From Rhodomicrobium sp. (lineage in GTDB: Bacteria; Pseudomonadota; Alphaproteobacteria; Rhizobiales; Rhodomicrobiaceae), in NCBI GenBank assembly GCA_052145975.1, contig JBKQNN010000018.1, positions 1-42,835 of the forward strand: a DNA stretch of 42,835 bases, written 5' to 3'. The position numbers were made by a program, and so were the translations under genes. The notes under the pieces are model-generated. The model saw only the letters and a program-made list of their open reading frames with translations. It was not told where the DNA came from and ran no database searches. This document shows, one piece after another, positions 9,701-17,085 of the stretch (positions within the stretch are counted from its first letter, which is position 1; every line of letters starts with the position of its first letter).

Positions 9701-10171
9701 GATATTCAGATCCATATTGTCGCCCAGGAGGTAAAGCCAGCTGGCGACCACCCAATCGAGATGCTGAACGTTGTTCCTAAGCGAGGCGTAGCTGCTGTCG
9801 TCCCAGTTCGCATAAAAGCCCACGGTAAGCGGTTTCTCACGGCGCTCCACTACGGGCTTTTGGCCTTTCGCCCTGGCAGCCGCCATGGCAAGCGGATGCA
9901 CGGAATGCGAAAACCTATTCTTATGCGACTGAGCCTTTCTTGCCAGGTTCCGGACCGTTGGCAGCAAATGCTGGATTTTCGCGACGTCGTTCAACATCGG
10001 GTAGCGCTGGACAACCGAAGTCCTGAGTTCGGGAAACGTCCGGAAAATGAACAGGCTCGACAAAAACACAACACCCGCAACCGTGCTCATCACGGCGAGC
10101 GTCCAGCCAACGCGGGACACGTGCGTGGCCCGGCGGTTTTTGGGATCGAAGAAGATCGGGTACTGTATCAT
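6743..10171 (-). CDS. trifunctional GH18 hydrolase / polysaccharide deacetylase / GT2 glycosyltransferase
   Basis: GH18: GVTIDFE, MGYDEHW, ALWRLG. NodB/CE4: LTFDDGP, HDLGNHTFTH, RLFRPPY, LLHDGG. GT2: DDGSTD, DAD, AED, QRFRW. C-terminal TM helices. Confidence 0.92.
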   Translation of the reverse strand: MIQYPIFFDPKNRRATHVSRVGWTLAVMSTVAGVVFLSSLFIFRTFPELRTSVVQRYPMLNDVAKIQHLLPTVRNLARKAQSHKNRFSHSVHPLAMAAARAKGQKPVVERREKPLTVGFYANWDDSSYASLRNNVQHLDWVVASWLYLLGDNMDLNITLDDKALELIRQEKPSAAILVMIQNLMIQNASTYQWDGAGLARLLADPQKRKDRIDGIAKFIEANNLQGVTIDFEQFPDTAHKDVLAFLSEISAAFKPRGWLVTVAAPFDDPSWNYKAYAKRCDYLMLMGYDEHWSSGDPGPVGSQSWFSTRLALRMRDLDPAHTIVAVGNYGYDWTEGEANADDITFQEVVLTARDAKATIEFDPETLNPRYTYGDGDKKHRVWFLDAVTAYNHLRAADKYRPVGYALWRLGAEDPSIWTILPRTYNAPPPAALATIRPTNDVNFIGHGELLQIAAEPSPGSREFKVDDANATITGENYTKMPASFVIRRGGELPGKKLALTFDDGPSAEWTPKILDILKAKSVHATFFVIGENGAANPRLVQRVLAEGHDLGNHTFTHPNLGETPDSVAGIELNATQRLIEALTGRSTRLFRPPYFGDAEPSTAQEIAPMEVAERLGYLTVGLKVDPDDWRAKVTPDEIVKTVVAEATNPDPEKRGQVVLLHDGGGERWRTVEALPRIIDTMRGKDYEFVTVSELAKWTRDQAMPPVPSEEATPLVNRYVFFTISWLEDALVSMFVVAIALGLARLVALCGLALIGRAREKRRQAPADQEGLSVSVLIPAYNEAPVIATSIRHILDSTHQNLSVIVIDDGSTDGTSEVVRTCFAEEPRVKLITARNGGKARAINLGLQRATGDIVVVLDADTQFEPLTISRLVRWFADPKVGAVAGNAKVGNRINMLTRWQALEYISAQNLERRALATLGCITVVPGAVGAWRRESILKLGGFPPDTLAEDQDLTLQIQREGEKVLFDPSAIAWTEAPDTVAGLAKQRFRWAFGTLQCLWKHRRMNLNGRYGALGLVALPQVWLFQIALTLVSPLVDLALIWQIARSVADYLEHGEQFNSENLFVTASYYAVFMAVDLTAALIAFLLEKEEDRSLLWWLVLQRFGYRQIMYYVVAKSVLKAVQGRIVGWGKLERKATVTTGGL

Positions 10172-10426
10172 TCTGCTTTGCGAGTTCGGAAGTCAGCTTC
10201 GGTCAACCACAGCGGCAGCCATGGCAAGCGATTGCAGGATCGGAGAATCACCATTTTTCACCGGTCCTGCCGGAGGAATTAGTCAAAAGCTTGTAAGAAG
10301 CCGCATTCGCGGCCCCACCCCATTGGTAGGCCGCTGCACATGAACCTAAGCTGTACAGCCCCGCCTACCATTCGCCAAGGGGGGTTCTCGCGCCGGGCCA
10401 GCTTTCAAATCAGGGGTGTTGCCGGA

Positions 10427-12802
10427 TTAGGGCCTGAGATGGCTGTTCGCCCGGGCTGTCAAATAGGCGAAGGCGCCCGCCCTAGCACTGCTGGTTAGGC
10501 TTGAGGGCAGCACGCCGTAAAGGGCGATATTGCCCCCATCCGCGCCTGAAACGTTACAAGCGTAGACACCAGGCGGAGCACCTTCCGCGGGCTTTGCGCG
10601 CGAAACTTGTTCCAAGCTTCTGGCGAACGCCTCGCTCCAGACTTCAAGCACAAAAACCTTTCGCGCTTGCCGCATCCATTGCGGGCCGCCACCGGAGGAG
10701 GTATCCGGCACGGGATTACGGCAGAAATGGCCGGCCGCCGGATCTACGCCGCCAGTAATAAGCAAGAGTCCCTGGCGCGGGGCCCCATCGCGAGGCTCTA
10801 GCCCCGCGTCGCCCATTATCATTCCGAGAGCCGGGTCCAATTCGAACTGCGGGAGGGGCTTTGAGCCCGCGCCCGGAAGGACCCCTGAACCGGGCCGCGA
10901 GCCTTCAACCAGCTTCTCGATGAGCGCATCGCGCTCCCCTTGCGCCGCGAGCCTGCTGCTCCGCAAACCCTCAAGGATTTTCGTTTCTTGGCTAAACGCC
11001 AGGGACTGCGCCCGGCCAAGCAGCCTCTTCTCCCACGCCCCCTCCGAGACCGAAGATACCAGGCCAAGGGCACCCGCCCAGAACCCCTTGGCCGGCTCCA
11101 CGCCAACTTGATCGGAAAAATCGCTATCGGTGGAGACAAGCGCGATGAGAATTTGCCCCGCCGCCTCGGGAAGCGCTCTTACAATCGAACCGGAGCGAAT
11201 TTCTTCGGCGCTCACGCCAGGCCGCGCTTCTAATCTGCACCCTGTAGCGACGCTTAAGAGCTGTGCCGCCGTCCCTTCCTTTGCCGTGTCGATTAGAAAA
11301 TCGTTCTTGCCTGTATTTTCGGGCAATTCCAGCGCGTAGAACGGCCCCACCTCGTGGAACCGCAGGCGCTGCACCTTCGCGGTCGCCCAACCGGGCCCCA
11401 GCTGCCAATCTGGAAAAACATCGAGGGCAAGATCGCAGCCGCTGACATTTTCGTTCCCGCCGCCGGCGATTTTGATCGTTAGATCGGAGGCCCGGATGAA
11501 ACGCGGTTCCAGCGCGACAATTACTCGCGCCTCCTCCGGCTCCACAGCCAAGACTTCGTAGTGGCGAAACACATTTTTCAGCGTTTCAAGCTTTTTGGCT
11601 TCCTCGAAAGCGCCCTCCGGCAATTCCACAGCCAGCCCCCCGGCTTCCGGAACCGCGGGCGCCCCCAAAACGGCGATGTTTCCCTCCATTTGGACAATTT
11701 CTTCCGCGGCGATTGCTGCGCCCGATTTGCGCTCGAAGGCAAGCACCAGCTTCCGCGAAGGCCCTGGCCCCGCGCCACCGCCTTCGGTCTGCGCCTTCTT
11801 CTCTTCGGTTTCCTGCTTCTTTTCTTCTGTTTCCTGCTTCTTGGCCTCGGCTTCCTGCTTCTTCGTTTCGATTTCCTGCTTCTTCGCCTCGGTTTCCTGC
11901 TTCTTCTCCGGCGCAGGCCAAGCACTCCCCTGCCGTTCGGCAACCTGCGGAGCCGGCACCGGTGTCGCACCTGGGGCGGGCGAGGCGGCCGGCGGGCAAC
12001 TTGGCTGCCCTGGCGCCGCGGTGTTTAGTGTAGGTGCTGCGGCAACAGGACCATGCGAAGCAGTTTCCCGCGCCCGTGTCTGCTGTTGCGCAGGAGACGC
12101 CCCCGCGGACGAATCTGCAATTCTGCCTCCCGCCCGCACCTCATGACCGCTTGTGTCTTCCGGCTCCGGCGGACGGTTCAAGGCCCACTCGACGAGCAGT
12201 TGCGCACGGGGGAGCAAATCGCCAGGGCAGCTGCCTTCGCAAAGCATCACGCCCGGCAGGCCGCAGACGAAGAATGGCCGGATGGAGGAGAAGGTGTAAC
12301 CGGCCCTCTTAAGATGGAACCTCACATCCACGAATTCCTCGTCGTCGGAGAGCGGTGAGGAAGCGTCGAAATCGGCTTTTTTCGCATCGTCCTCAAGCTC
12401 TGGGGCCGGCCGGCCGCCGGCGCCTACGAAGAACACCGGCACCTTGATCGGCTGCGCTTTTTCGCTATCGCGTGCGATGACGCAGGTCTTTTTGGTGTTG
12501 GTGCGGAACAGCGCGATCGGTTCGGCGGCGTCGAGCGAAAGGACAAAGATGCGGTAGTAGACCTCGCGCGCGTCAGGCTCGAGGGGAGGGGGCACCTTTT
12601 TGAGCTCTCCGCTCGCCGACAGCTCAAAACGCCGCGACCTGAGGCTCGCGTCGAGCGCGAGGCGGTTCTCCGGCCATTTCCTGCAAACGTCCCGGCGGCC
12701 TGCCTCCGTGGCCATCGCATGCCGCAGCGGCAGCGAAGCGAAGCCGGCCAGGAGCGTGACCAGGCAAACAAGGCACCGTGCTGAAATGCGTGCGGGGTTC
12801 AT
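10427..12802 (-). CDS. large secreted hypothetical protein (791 aa) with Pro/Ala linker and charged heptad repeats
   Basis: Signal-like N-terminus (...LLAGFASLPLRHAMA); long uninterrupted ORF; no family recognised. Confidence 0.75.
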   Translation of the reverse strand: MNPARISARCLVCLVTLLAGFASLPLRHAMATEAGRRDVCRKWPENRLALDASLRSRRFELSASGELKKVPPPLEPDAREVYYRIFVLSLDAAEPIALFRTNTKKTCVIARDSEKAQPIKVPVFFVGAGGRPAPELEDDAKKADFDASSPLSDDEEFVDVRFHLKRAGYTFSSIRPFFVCGLPGVMLCEGSCPGDLLPRAQLLVEWALNRPPEPEDTSGHEVRAGGRIADSSAGASPAQQQTRARETASHGPVAAAPTLNTAAPGQPSCPPAASPAPGATPVPAPQVAERQGSAWPAPEKKQETEAKKQEIETKKQEAEAKKQETEEKKQETEEKKAQTEGGGAGPGPSRKLVLAFERKSGAAIAAEEIVQMEGNIAVLGAPAVPEAGGLAVELPEGAFEEAKKLETLKNVFRHYEVLAVEPEEARVIVALEPRFIRASDLTIKIAGGGNENVSGCDLALDVFPDWQLGPGWATAKVQRLRFHEVGPFYALELPENTGKNDFLIDTAKEGTAAQLLSVATGCRLEARPGVSAEEIRSGSIVRALPEAAGQILIALVSTDSDFSDQVGVEPAKGFWAGALGLVSSVSEGAWEKRLLGRAQSLAFSQETKILEGLRSSRLAAQGERDALIEKLVEGSRPGSGVLPGAGSKPLPQFELDPALGMIMGDAGLEPRDGAPRQGLLLITGGVDPAAGHFCRNPVPDTSSGGGPQWMRQARKVFVLEVWSEAFARSLEQVSRAKPAEGAPPGVYACNVSGADGGNIALYGVLPSSLTSSARAGAFAYLTARANSHLRP
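11780..11905 (-). repeat. 21-bp tandem repeat x6 encoding KKQE(T/I/A)Ex heptads
   Basis: Units such as CTCTTCGGTTTCCTGCTTCTT at 11801, 11822, 11843, 11864 and 11885, plus a degenerate unit at 11780. Confidence 0.92.
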
Positions 12803-12961
12803 GAAGCGGCGCGTGGACTGGAAAGGGTTTGTTTAATTTAACTCTAGTTCAAGTTTTATGCAAAAATCCATGCAAGCATCGTTAAGCGCCTCGTTAAAAC
12901 GTTCTTGTGGTTAGCGAACCGCGTAAGCCGGCCCCGCCTCCCTACTCGCCTCCTACAAATA

Positions 12962-13078
12962 AGGTGTCTCGCAGATTTTCCGCCACGTCAACCGCGCGAA
13001 CGCCAGACAGCGAAACTGATCGAGGCAGGAAAAGCTCTTGACCTTGCGATCCTTGTCATATCGCGCCACACACCGCCT
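12962..13078 (-). mobile_element. IS4-family transposase remnant (DUF4372-like N-terminal fragment)
   Basis: The minus strand encodes RRCVARYDKDRKVKSFSCLDQFRCLAFARLTWR, then ENLRD after a frameshift. This matches the IS4 N-terminal pattern RRCVARY..D..VKSFSC.DQF.CMAFAQLT.RESLRD. Confidence 0.75.
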
Positions 13079-13156
13079 TACGCGAAAGGAATTATCCGTT
13101 AGTACATGCGATGGCTCCGGCTTCGAACCGGAAGGCAAAATCCGCGTTTCCCCTGC

Positions 13157-14872
13157 ATGCGTGAACTGGTGCGGCAGTTTTGGGAGCTCGCTAGCCCCTA
13201 TTGGCGTTCGGAGGACCGGTGGAAGTCTGGCGGCATCCTGCTGGCCGTCATTGCGCTTCACCTGGGGTCGGTCTACATTATGGTTCTCATCAACCTGTGG
13301 TACGCGCTGTTCTACAACGCGTTGCAGAACCGGAATTTTTCCGCCTTCAGCCATCAGCTCCTGCGCTTCGGCGTGCTTGCCGGGATCTATATTTTCGCCG
13401 CCGTCTACCGGATCTACCTGCGGCAGATGCTGCAGATCCGCTGGCGCAACTGGCTGACCCAGCGCTACACGGGCCGCTGGCTACATAACCGCGCCTACTA
13501 CCATCTGCAGCTCGCTGGAGGCCCCACAGATAACCCCGATCAGCGCATCCAGGAGGACATCAACACCTTTGCGGGACAAACGCTTGTACTGGGGCTCGGC
13601 CTGATGGATTCCGCCGTGACGCTTGCCTCCTTCGCAACCATCCTTTGGGGGCTGTCGGGAACGCTTGAGATCGCGGGGCTGGCCATTCCGGGCTATATGC
13701 TCTGGGCCGCCGTGTTATATGCCATCCTCGGCACGTGGCTCACGAGCCGTATCGGCAGGCCGCTGATCGCCTTAAATTATCAGCAGCAGCAATACGAAGC
13801 GGATTTGCGCTTCTCGCTCGTCCGCCTGCGCGAGAACGCGGAGGGCATAGCACTTTACGGAGGCGAAAAACCCGAGCTCGACACCGTCTCCGCGCGGCTG
13901 CGCAACGTCGTCTCAAATTGGTGGGGGATCATGCGGCGGCAAAAGCTTCTGACCTGGTTCTCCTCCAGTTACTCCCAGATCGCCATCATTTTTCCCTTTG
14001 TGGTCGCGGCGCCGCGCTATTTCGCGGGTGCCTTCCAGCTCGGCCAGCTCATCCAGACCGCGCAAGCCTTCAACCAGGTGCAAAACGCGCTTTCCTGGTT
14101 CGTGACAAGTTACACGGACCTTGCGGATTGGAAGGCGACGGTCAACCGGCTTGCCGGGTTCGAAAGCGCCCTTGTTGAGGCGAACCGGAGGAGCTGGAAA
14201 GGGCTGATCCAAATCGAGGTGCCGGGCGCGCGCGCTCTCTCGGTTTCTGAGGCGAACATCTACTTGCCCAGCGGCGAGCCGCTGCTCAGGAACCTGAACT
14301 TCGAGCTTCCCGCCGCGAGCCGCGTTCTCATTTCGGGGCCGTCCGGGGTGGGCAAGAGCACGCTGCTTAGAACGCTGTCCGGGATATGGCCATACTGCGA
14401 TGGAACCATTTATCTACCTGCGGGCGGCCGCACGATGTTTTCCCCGCAAAAGCCCTATCTGCCGCTGGGCACGCTCTGGGACGCGCTTTGCTATCCCGAA
14501 GCGGCCTCAGGCTACGCCAAGGACAAGGTGCTGGCCGCGCTTGCGATCTGCGGAATGGCGGCGTTCGGCGGGCGGCTGGAGGAGCAGGCGAACTGGGCGA
14601 TGCGCCTTTCGCCCGGCGAGCAGCAGCGCATGGCTTTCGTTCGCGCGCTGCTGGTGCACCCGCGTTGGCTGTTCCTCGACGAGGCGACGTCAGCCCTCGA
14701 CGAGGAGTCCGAGGCCGTGCTTTACACGGCGATTTTGGAGGGCCTGGAAGACTGCGCATTGATCAGCGTTGCGCATCGCACGAGCCTGGCGCGGTTTCAC
14801 GGCCGGCAAATCCTTCTCTCAAGACAAGCGGAAATGCACAGCTCCCAAATCGTCACGCGGCGGGCCGGGTAG
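13157..14872 (+). CDS. ABC transporter permease/ATP-binding fusion (YddA/ExsE/BclA-like, ABCD type)
   Basis: DNPDQRIQED, EADLRFSLVRLRENAEGIALYGGE, Walker A GPSGVGKS, signature LSPGEQQR, Walker B LFLDEATSALD. Confidence 0.92.
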   Translation: MRELVRQFWELASPYWRSEDRWKSGGILLAVIALHLGSVYIMVLINLWYALFYNALQNRNFSAFSHQLLRFGVLAGIYIFAAVYRIYLRQMLQIRWRNWLTQRYTGRWLHNRAYYHLQLAGGPTDNPDQRIQEDINTFAGQTLVLGLGLMDSAVTLASFATILWGLSGTLEIAGLAIPGYMLWAAVLYAILGTWLTSRIGRPLIALNYQQQQYEADLRFSLVRLRENAEGIALYGGEKPELDTVSARLRNVVSNWWGIMRRQKLLTWFSSSYSQIAIIFPFVVAAPRYFAGAFQLGQLIQTAQAFNQVQNALSWFVTSYTDLADWKATVNRLAGFESALVEANRRSWKGLIQIEVPGARALSVSEANIYLPSGEPLLRNLNFELPAASRVLISGPSGVGKSTLLRTLSGIWPYCDGTIYLPAGGRTMFSPQKPYLPLGTLWDALCYPEAASGYAKDKVLAALAICGMAAFGGRLEEQANWAMRLSPGEQQRMAFVRALLVHPRWLFLDEATSALDEESEAVLYTAILEGLEDCALISVAHRTSLARFHGRQILLSRQAEMHSSQIVTRRAG

Positions 14873-14896
14873 CCGCCCTCTGGAAGGCGCATTCGC

Positions 14897-14995
14897 TTGA
14901 GTCCGCTTTTGATGGAATCAAAAGCGGACTCTACCTTGTTGTTTTGCCGTGCGCTTTATCGGAAAACCGCTTCGCTCTTTTCCGGACGCACTCTA
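14897..14995 (-). repeat. RIME1/Bru-RS-like MITE
   Basis: Minus strand: TAGAGTGCGTCCGGAAAAGAGCGAAGCGGTTTTCCGATAAAGCGCACGGCAAAACAACAAGGTAGAGTCCGCTTTTGATTCCATCAAAAGCGGACTCAA. Confidence 0.85.
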
Positions 14996-16501
14996 ACGCG
15001 CCGCGCTCTTTTCGCCTGCTGTCCGCTCCAAATGCAAGCCGCCGAACCACGCCTCGCCGCGAAGATATTCCTCCGAAGCCGACCGCGCGTCATGGTAGAG
15101 AACAAGCACCTGCCCGATGCACTCCGCACTTTGCGCCACATCCGCCTCCAGCGTAAACATGCGCCATTCTTCGCTCTCGCCTAAGAGCATCTCCGTCTCG
15201 CCCAAGACGGTCCATGTCTGCGAGTTGCACCTAAGCTGCCAGCGAAGGCCGCGTTTACCGATGATCGAGCCGCGAAGCTGGCCCGACAGCCGGTAATGGC
15301 CTGGCGGCAGCACCAGCACTTGCCTAATCCCAGGAAACTCGATGCGGCCGTCCCCGAAGCTCAGATGCAGCAGGCGCTGGCGGCCGGGCCGGCCCGAAGG
15401 CACGAACTCTGCGGTGGCGTTGCCCCCTCCCCCGATCTCCCAGTCGAATACGGTCGCCGAACCGGCTGGCTCCGCCTCGAACCCCGGATTGGTCAGATAA
15501 CTGAAGTTTTCGAGCCGTTCGCGTGGCAGCGTCTGGAGCCACAGACTGTACGCGGTATCGGCGGCGCCATTCATGGCAAGCTTGTTTATGTAATCGCTGA
15601 GTTCCCCGGTAGCCGCCGGGCTTTTGGTGTTCTTGAGTTCGGCAATGAGCTCCAGCCCCACCTGATCCCGTTGCAGCAGAGGCCAAAGCGACCACAGGAA
15701 GTCCTGCCGCCATTTGGGATTTTCCGCTAGCCGGTTCGCCACCAGCCTGCGCCCGTCAGCATCCCTAGCTATGTTCAGAAGGTAATTGAAACCGGCATTA
15801 GACATTGCCGGCCTGGTTTGTAGCATGATATCCGCATATTCGATCGCAACCGGAAAATCCTTCCGGAAATAGCTCTCGTTGAGAAGCCAAAAAACGGCTG
15901 ACGTTTCCCTCCGGGAGCGCCGGACCGCCTCACGCATGAGGCCGCGGACATGCTCGGGATCGGCTGTGGCTTCCGCCATAAGCCGGAATGCCGCCGCATT
16001 GAGCGGATCGTTGGCGATTGCCTTGGCCGCAAGCTGACGGATCTGCCTACGCAACTCTTCGCCGAGCCCTTGCGGCCCGGCTTCCCCTGACGCCGCTTCA
16101 TCTGCCCTCGGCAGACTGTCAATCGTGGCGGCGTCCTCCCTGTCTTGCTCCGCGGCTGCAGTCCCTGGTGCGCCATCTTCGTGCTCCTCCGCCTGGCCGG
16201 CCTCCGGCTGGCCGGCCCCCGCGGCCATCATCGACAGGAGTTTTTCGTTGATCTGCGCGGCCTTGCTGACAAGGGCGGCGGGATTGTTGGAGTTCAGCGT
16301 GAGCGCCAAGTCCGGCTCGGCCGCCGCAAGCACGTAGGGAAGACTTTTCGTCAGAACTGCCCAGCAGAGAAAAAAGCTGAGAAGGGCTGCCAAGGACAGC
16401 CGCCGGGGGTGTGCCGCTATCATGCGGCGAGCCGATCCGGCAGCATGCGGAAGACTGCGGATAGAGCGGGTTTTGTGCCGGCGGTGCTTCTTGCCGTTCA
16501 T
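14993..16501 (-). CDS. membrane-anchored TPR-like protein with C-terminal carbohydrate-binding-like jelly-roll domain
   Basis: N-terminal TM (LSLAALLSFFLCWAVL); helical repeats (AIANDPLNAAAFRLMA); C-terminal LTNPGFE...FDW...IRQVLVLPPGHYRLSG typical of CBM4-like folds. ATGA overlap with the upstream gene. Confidence 0.75.
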   Translation of the reverse strand: MNGKKHRRHKTRSIRSLPHAAGSARRMIAAHPRRLSLAALLSFFLCWAVLTKSLPYVLAAAEPDLALTLNSNNPAALVSKAAQINEKLLSMMAAGAGQPEAGQAEEHEDGAPGTAAAEQDREDAATIDSLPRADEAASGEAGPQGLGEELRRQIRQLAAKAIANDPLNAAAFRLMAEATADPEHVRGLMREAVRRSRRETSAVFWLLNESYFRKDFPVAIEYADIMLQTRPAMSNAGFNYLLNIARDADGRRLVANRLAENPKWRQDFLWSLWPLLQRDQVGLELIAELKNTKSPAATGELSDYINKLAMNGAADTAYSLWLQTLPRERLENFSYLTNPGFEAEPAGSATVFDWEIGGGGNATAEFVPSGRPGRQRLLHLSFGDGRIEFPGIRQVLVLPPGHYRLSGQLRGSIIGKRGLRWQLRCNSQTWTVLGETEMLLGESEEWRMFTLEADVAQSAECIGQVLVLYHDARSASEEYLRGEAWFGGLHLERTAGEKSAAR

Positions 16502-17085
16502 CTGTGGCGTCCGAGGTATGTGAGCAGCCGGGTCCAGAGAGGCTCGCGTTCAATCCTATGAAGCGGCAGTTTCCGCAACACAAAAGCGCCGCGGGGCCGC
16601 CGCGCGGCTTGCCGGGCAGGATCGGCTTCTGTTTTCCGCGAGGCGTCGTAAGCGGCGCGGCGCTCGCTGGTCTTGAGGTTTTCCCAAGCTCCCGTCACGA
16701 GCCCCGCGAGCGCGCTCCGGTCGAAATGCTGCGCCTCGCCGCTGACCGGAACGCGATCCGGATGGAGCCATTTCAGGATCAAGGCCATGTGGCGGCGCAG
16801 CTCCGCTGGCGTTTCTCCCCTCCCCGCGCCGAGGATGCGGTAGCTATCGCTCCCGCGGGTCAAAAGCACTTGTTCCATAAAAAAACTGGCGGCCTTTCTG
16901 AGCAGCGCCTCCGGCCTGCCCGTCAGCGTCTCAGCGTGCTGCAGAGCCTCGGGTTCCCCCGCCGCAACTTCCAGAAGCAACGCGATACCCCTTGGCAGCG
17001 AGGATCGCCGGGCAAGCAGCGCCAACTGCGGCCGCCGGAGCATGGCCAAAGCTGCTTCAAGCGCTTCGGGACTCCGCTCACTCAT
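16498..17085 (-). CDS. J-domain (DnaJ-like, class C) protein
   Basis: SYRILGAGRGETPAELRRHMALILKWLHPDR...VTGAWENLKTSERRAAYD, with an intact HPD motif. Confidence 0.85.
   Translation of the reverse strand: MSERSPEALEAALAMLRRPQLALLARRSSLPRGIALLLEVAAGEPEALQHAETLTGRPEALLRKAASFFMEQVLLTRGSDSYRILGAGRGETPAELRRHMALILKWLHPDRVPVSGEAQHFDRSALAGLVTGAWENLKTSERRAAYDASRKTEADPARQAARRPRGAFVLRKLPLHRIEREPLWTRLLTYLGRHR

Noticed and set aside
12882-12897. CtrA box TTAA...TTAA; similar pairs at 32820-32836 and 35100-35116
   Set aside because: The spacers are N8 or N9, not N7, and such pairs are expected by chance in AT-rich promoters.
12953-13354. 133-aa minus-strand ORF as an intact gene
   Set aside because: Its first part is antisense to the ABC transporter; only the last third is meaningful, as the IS4 relic.
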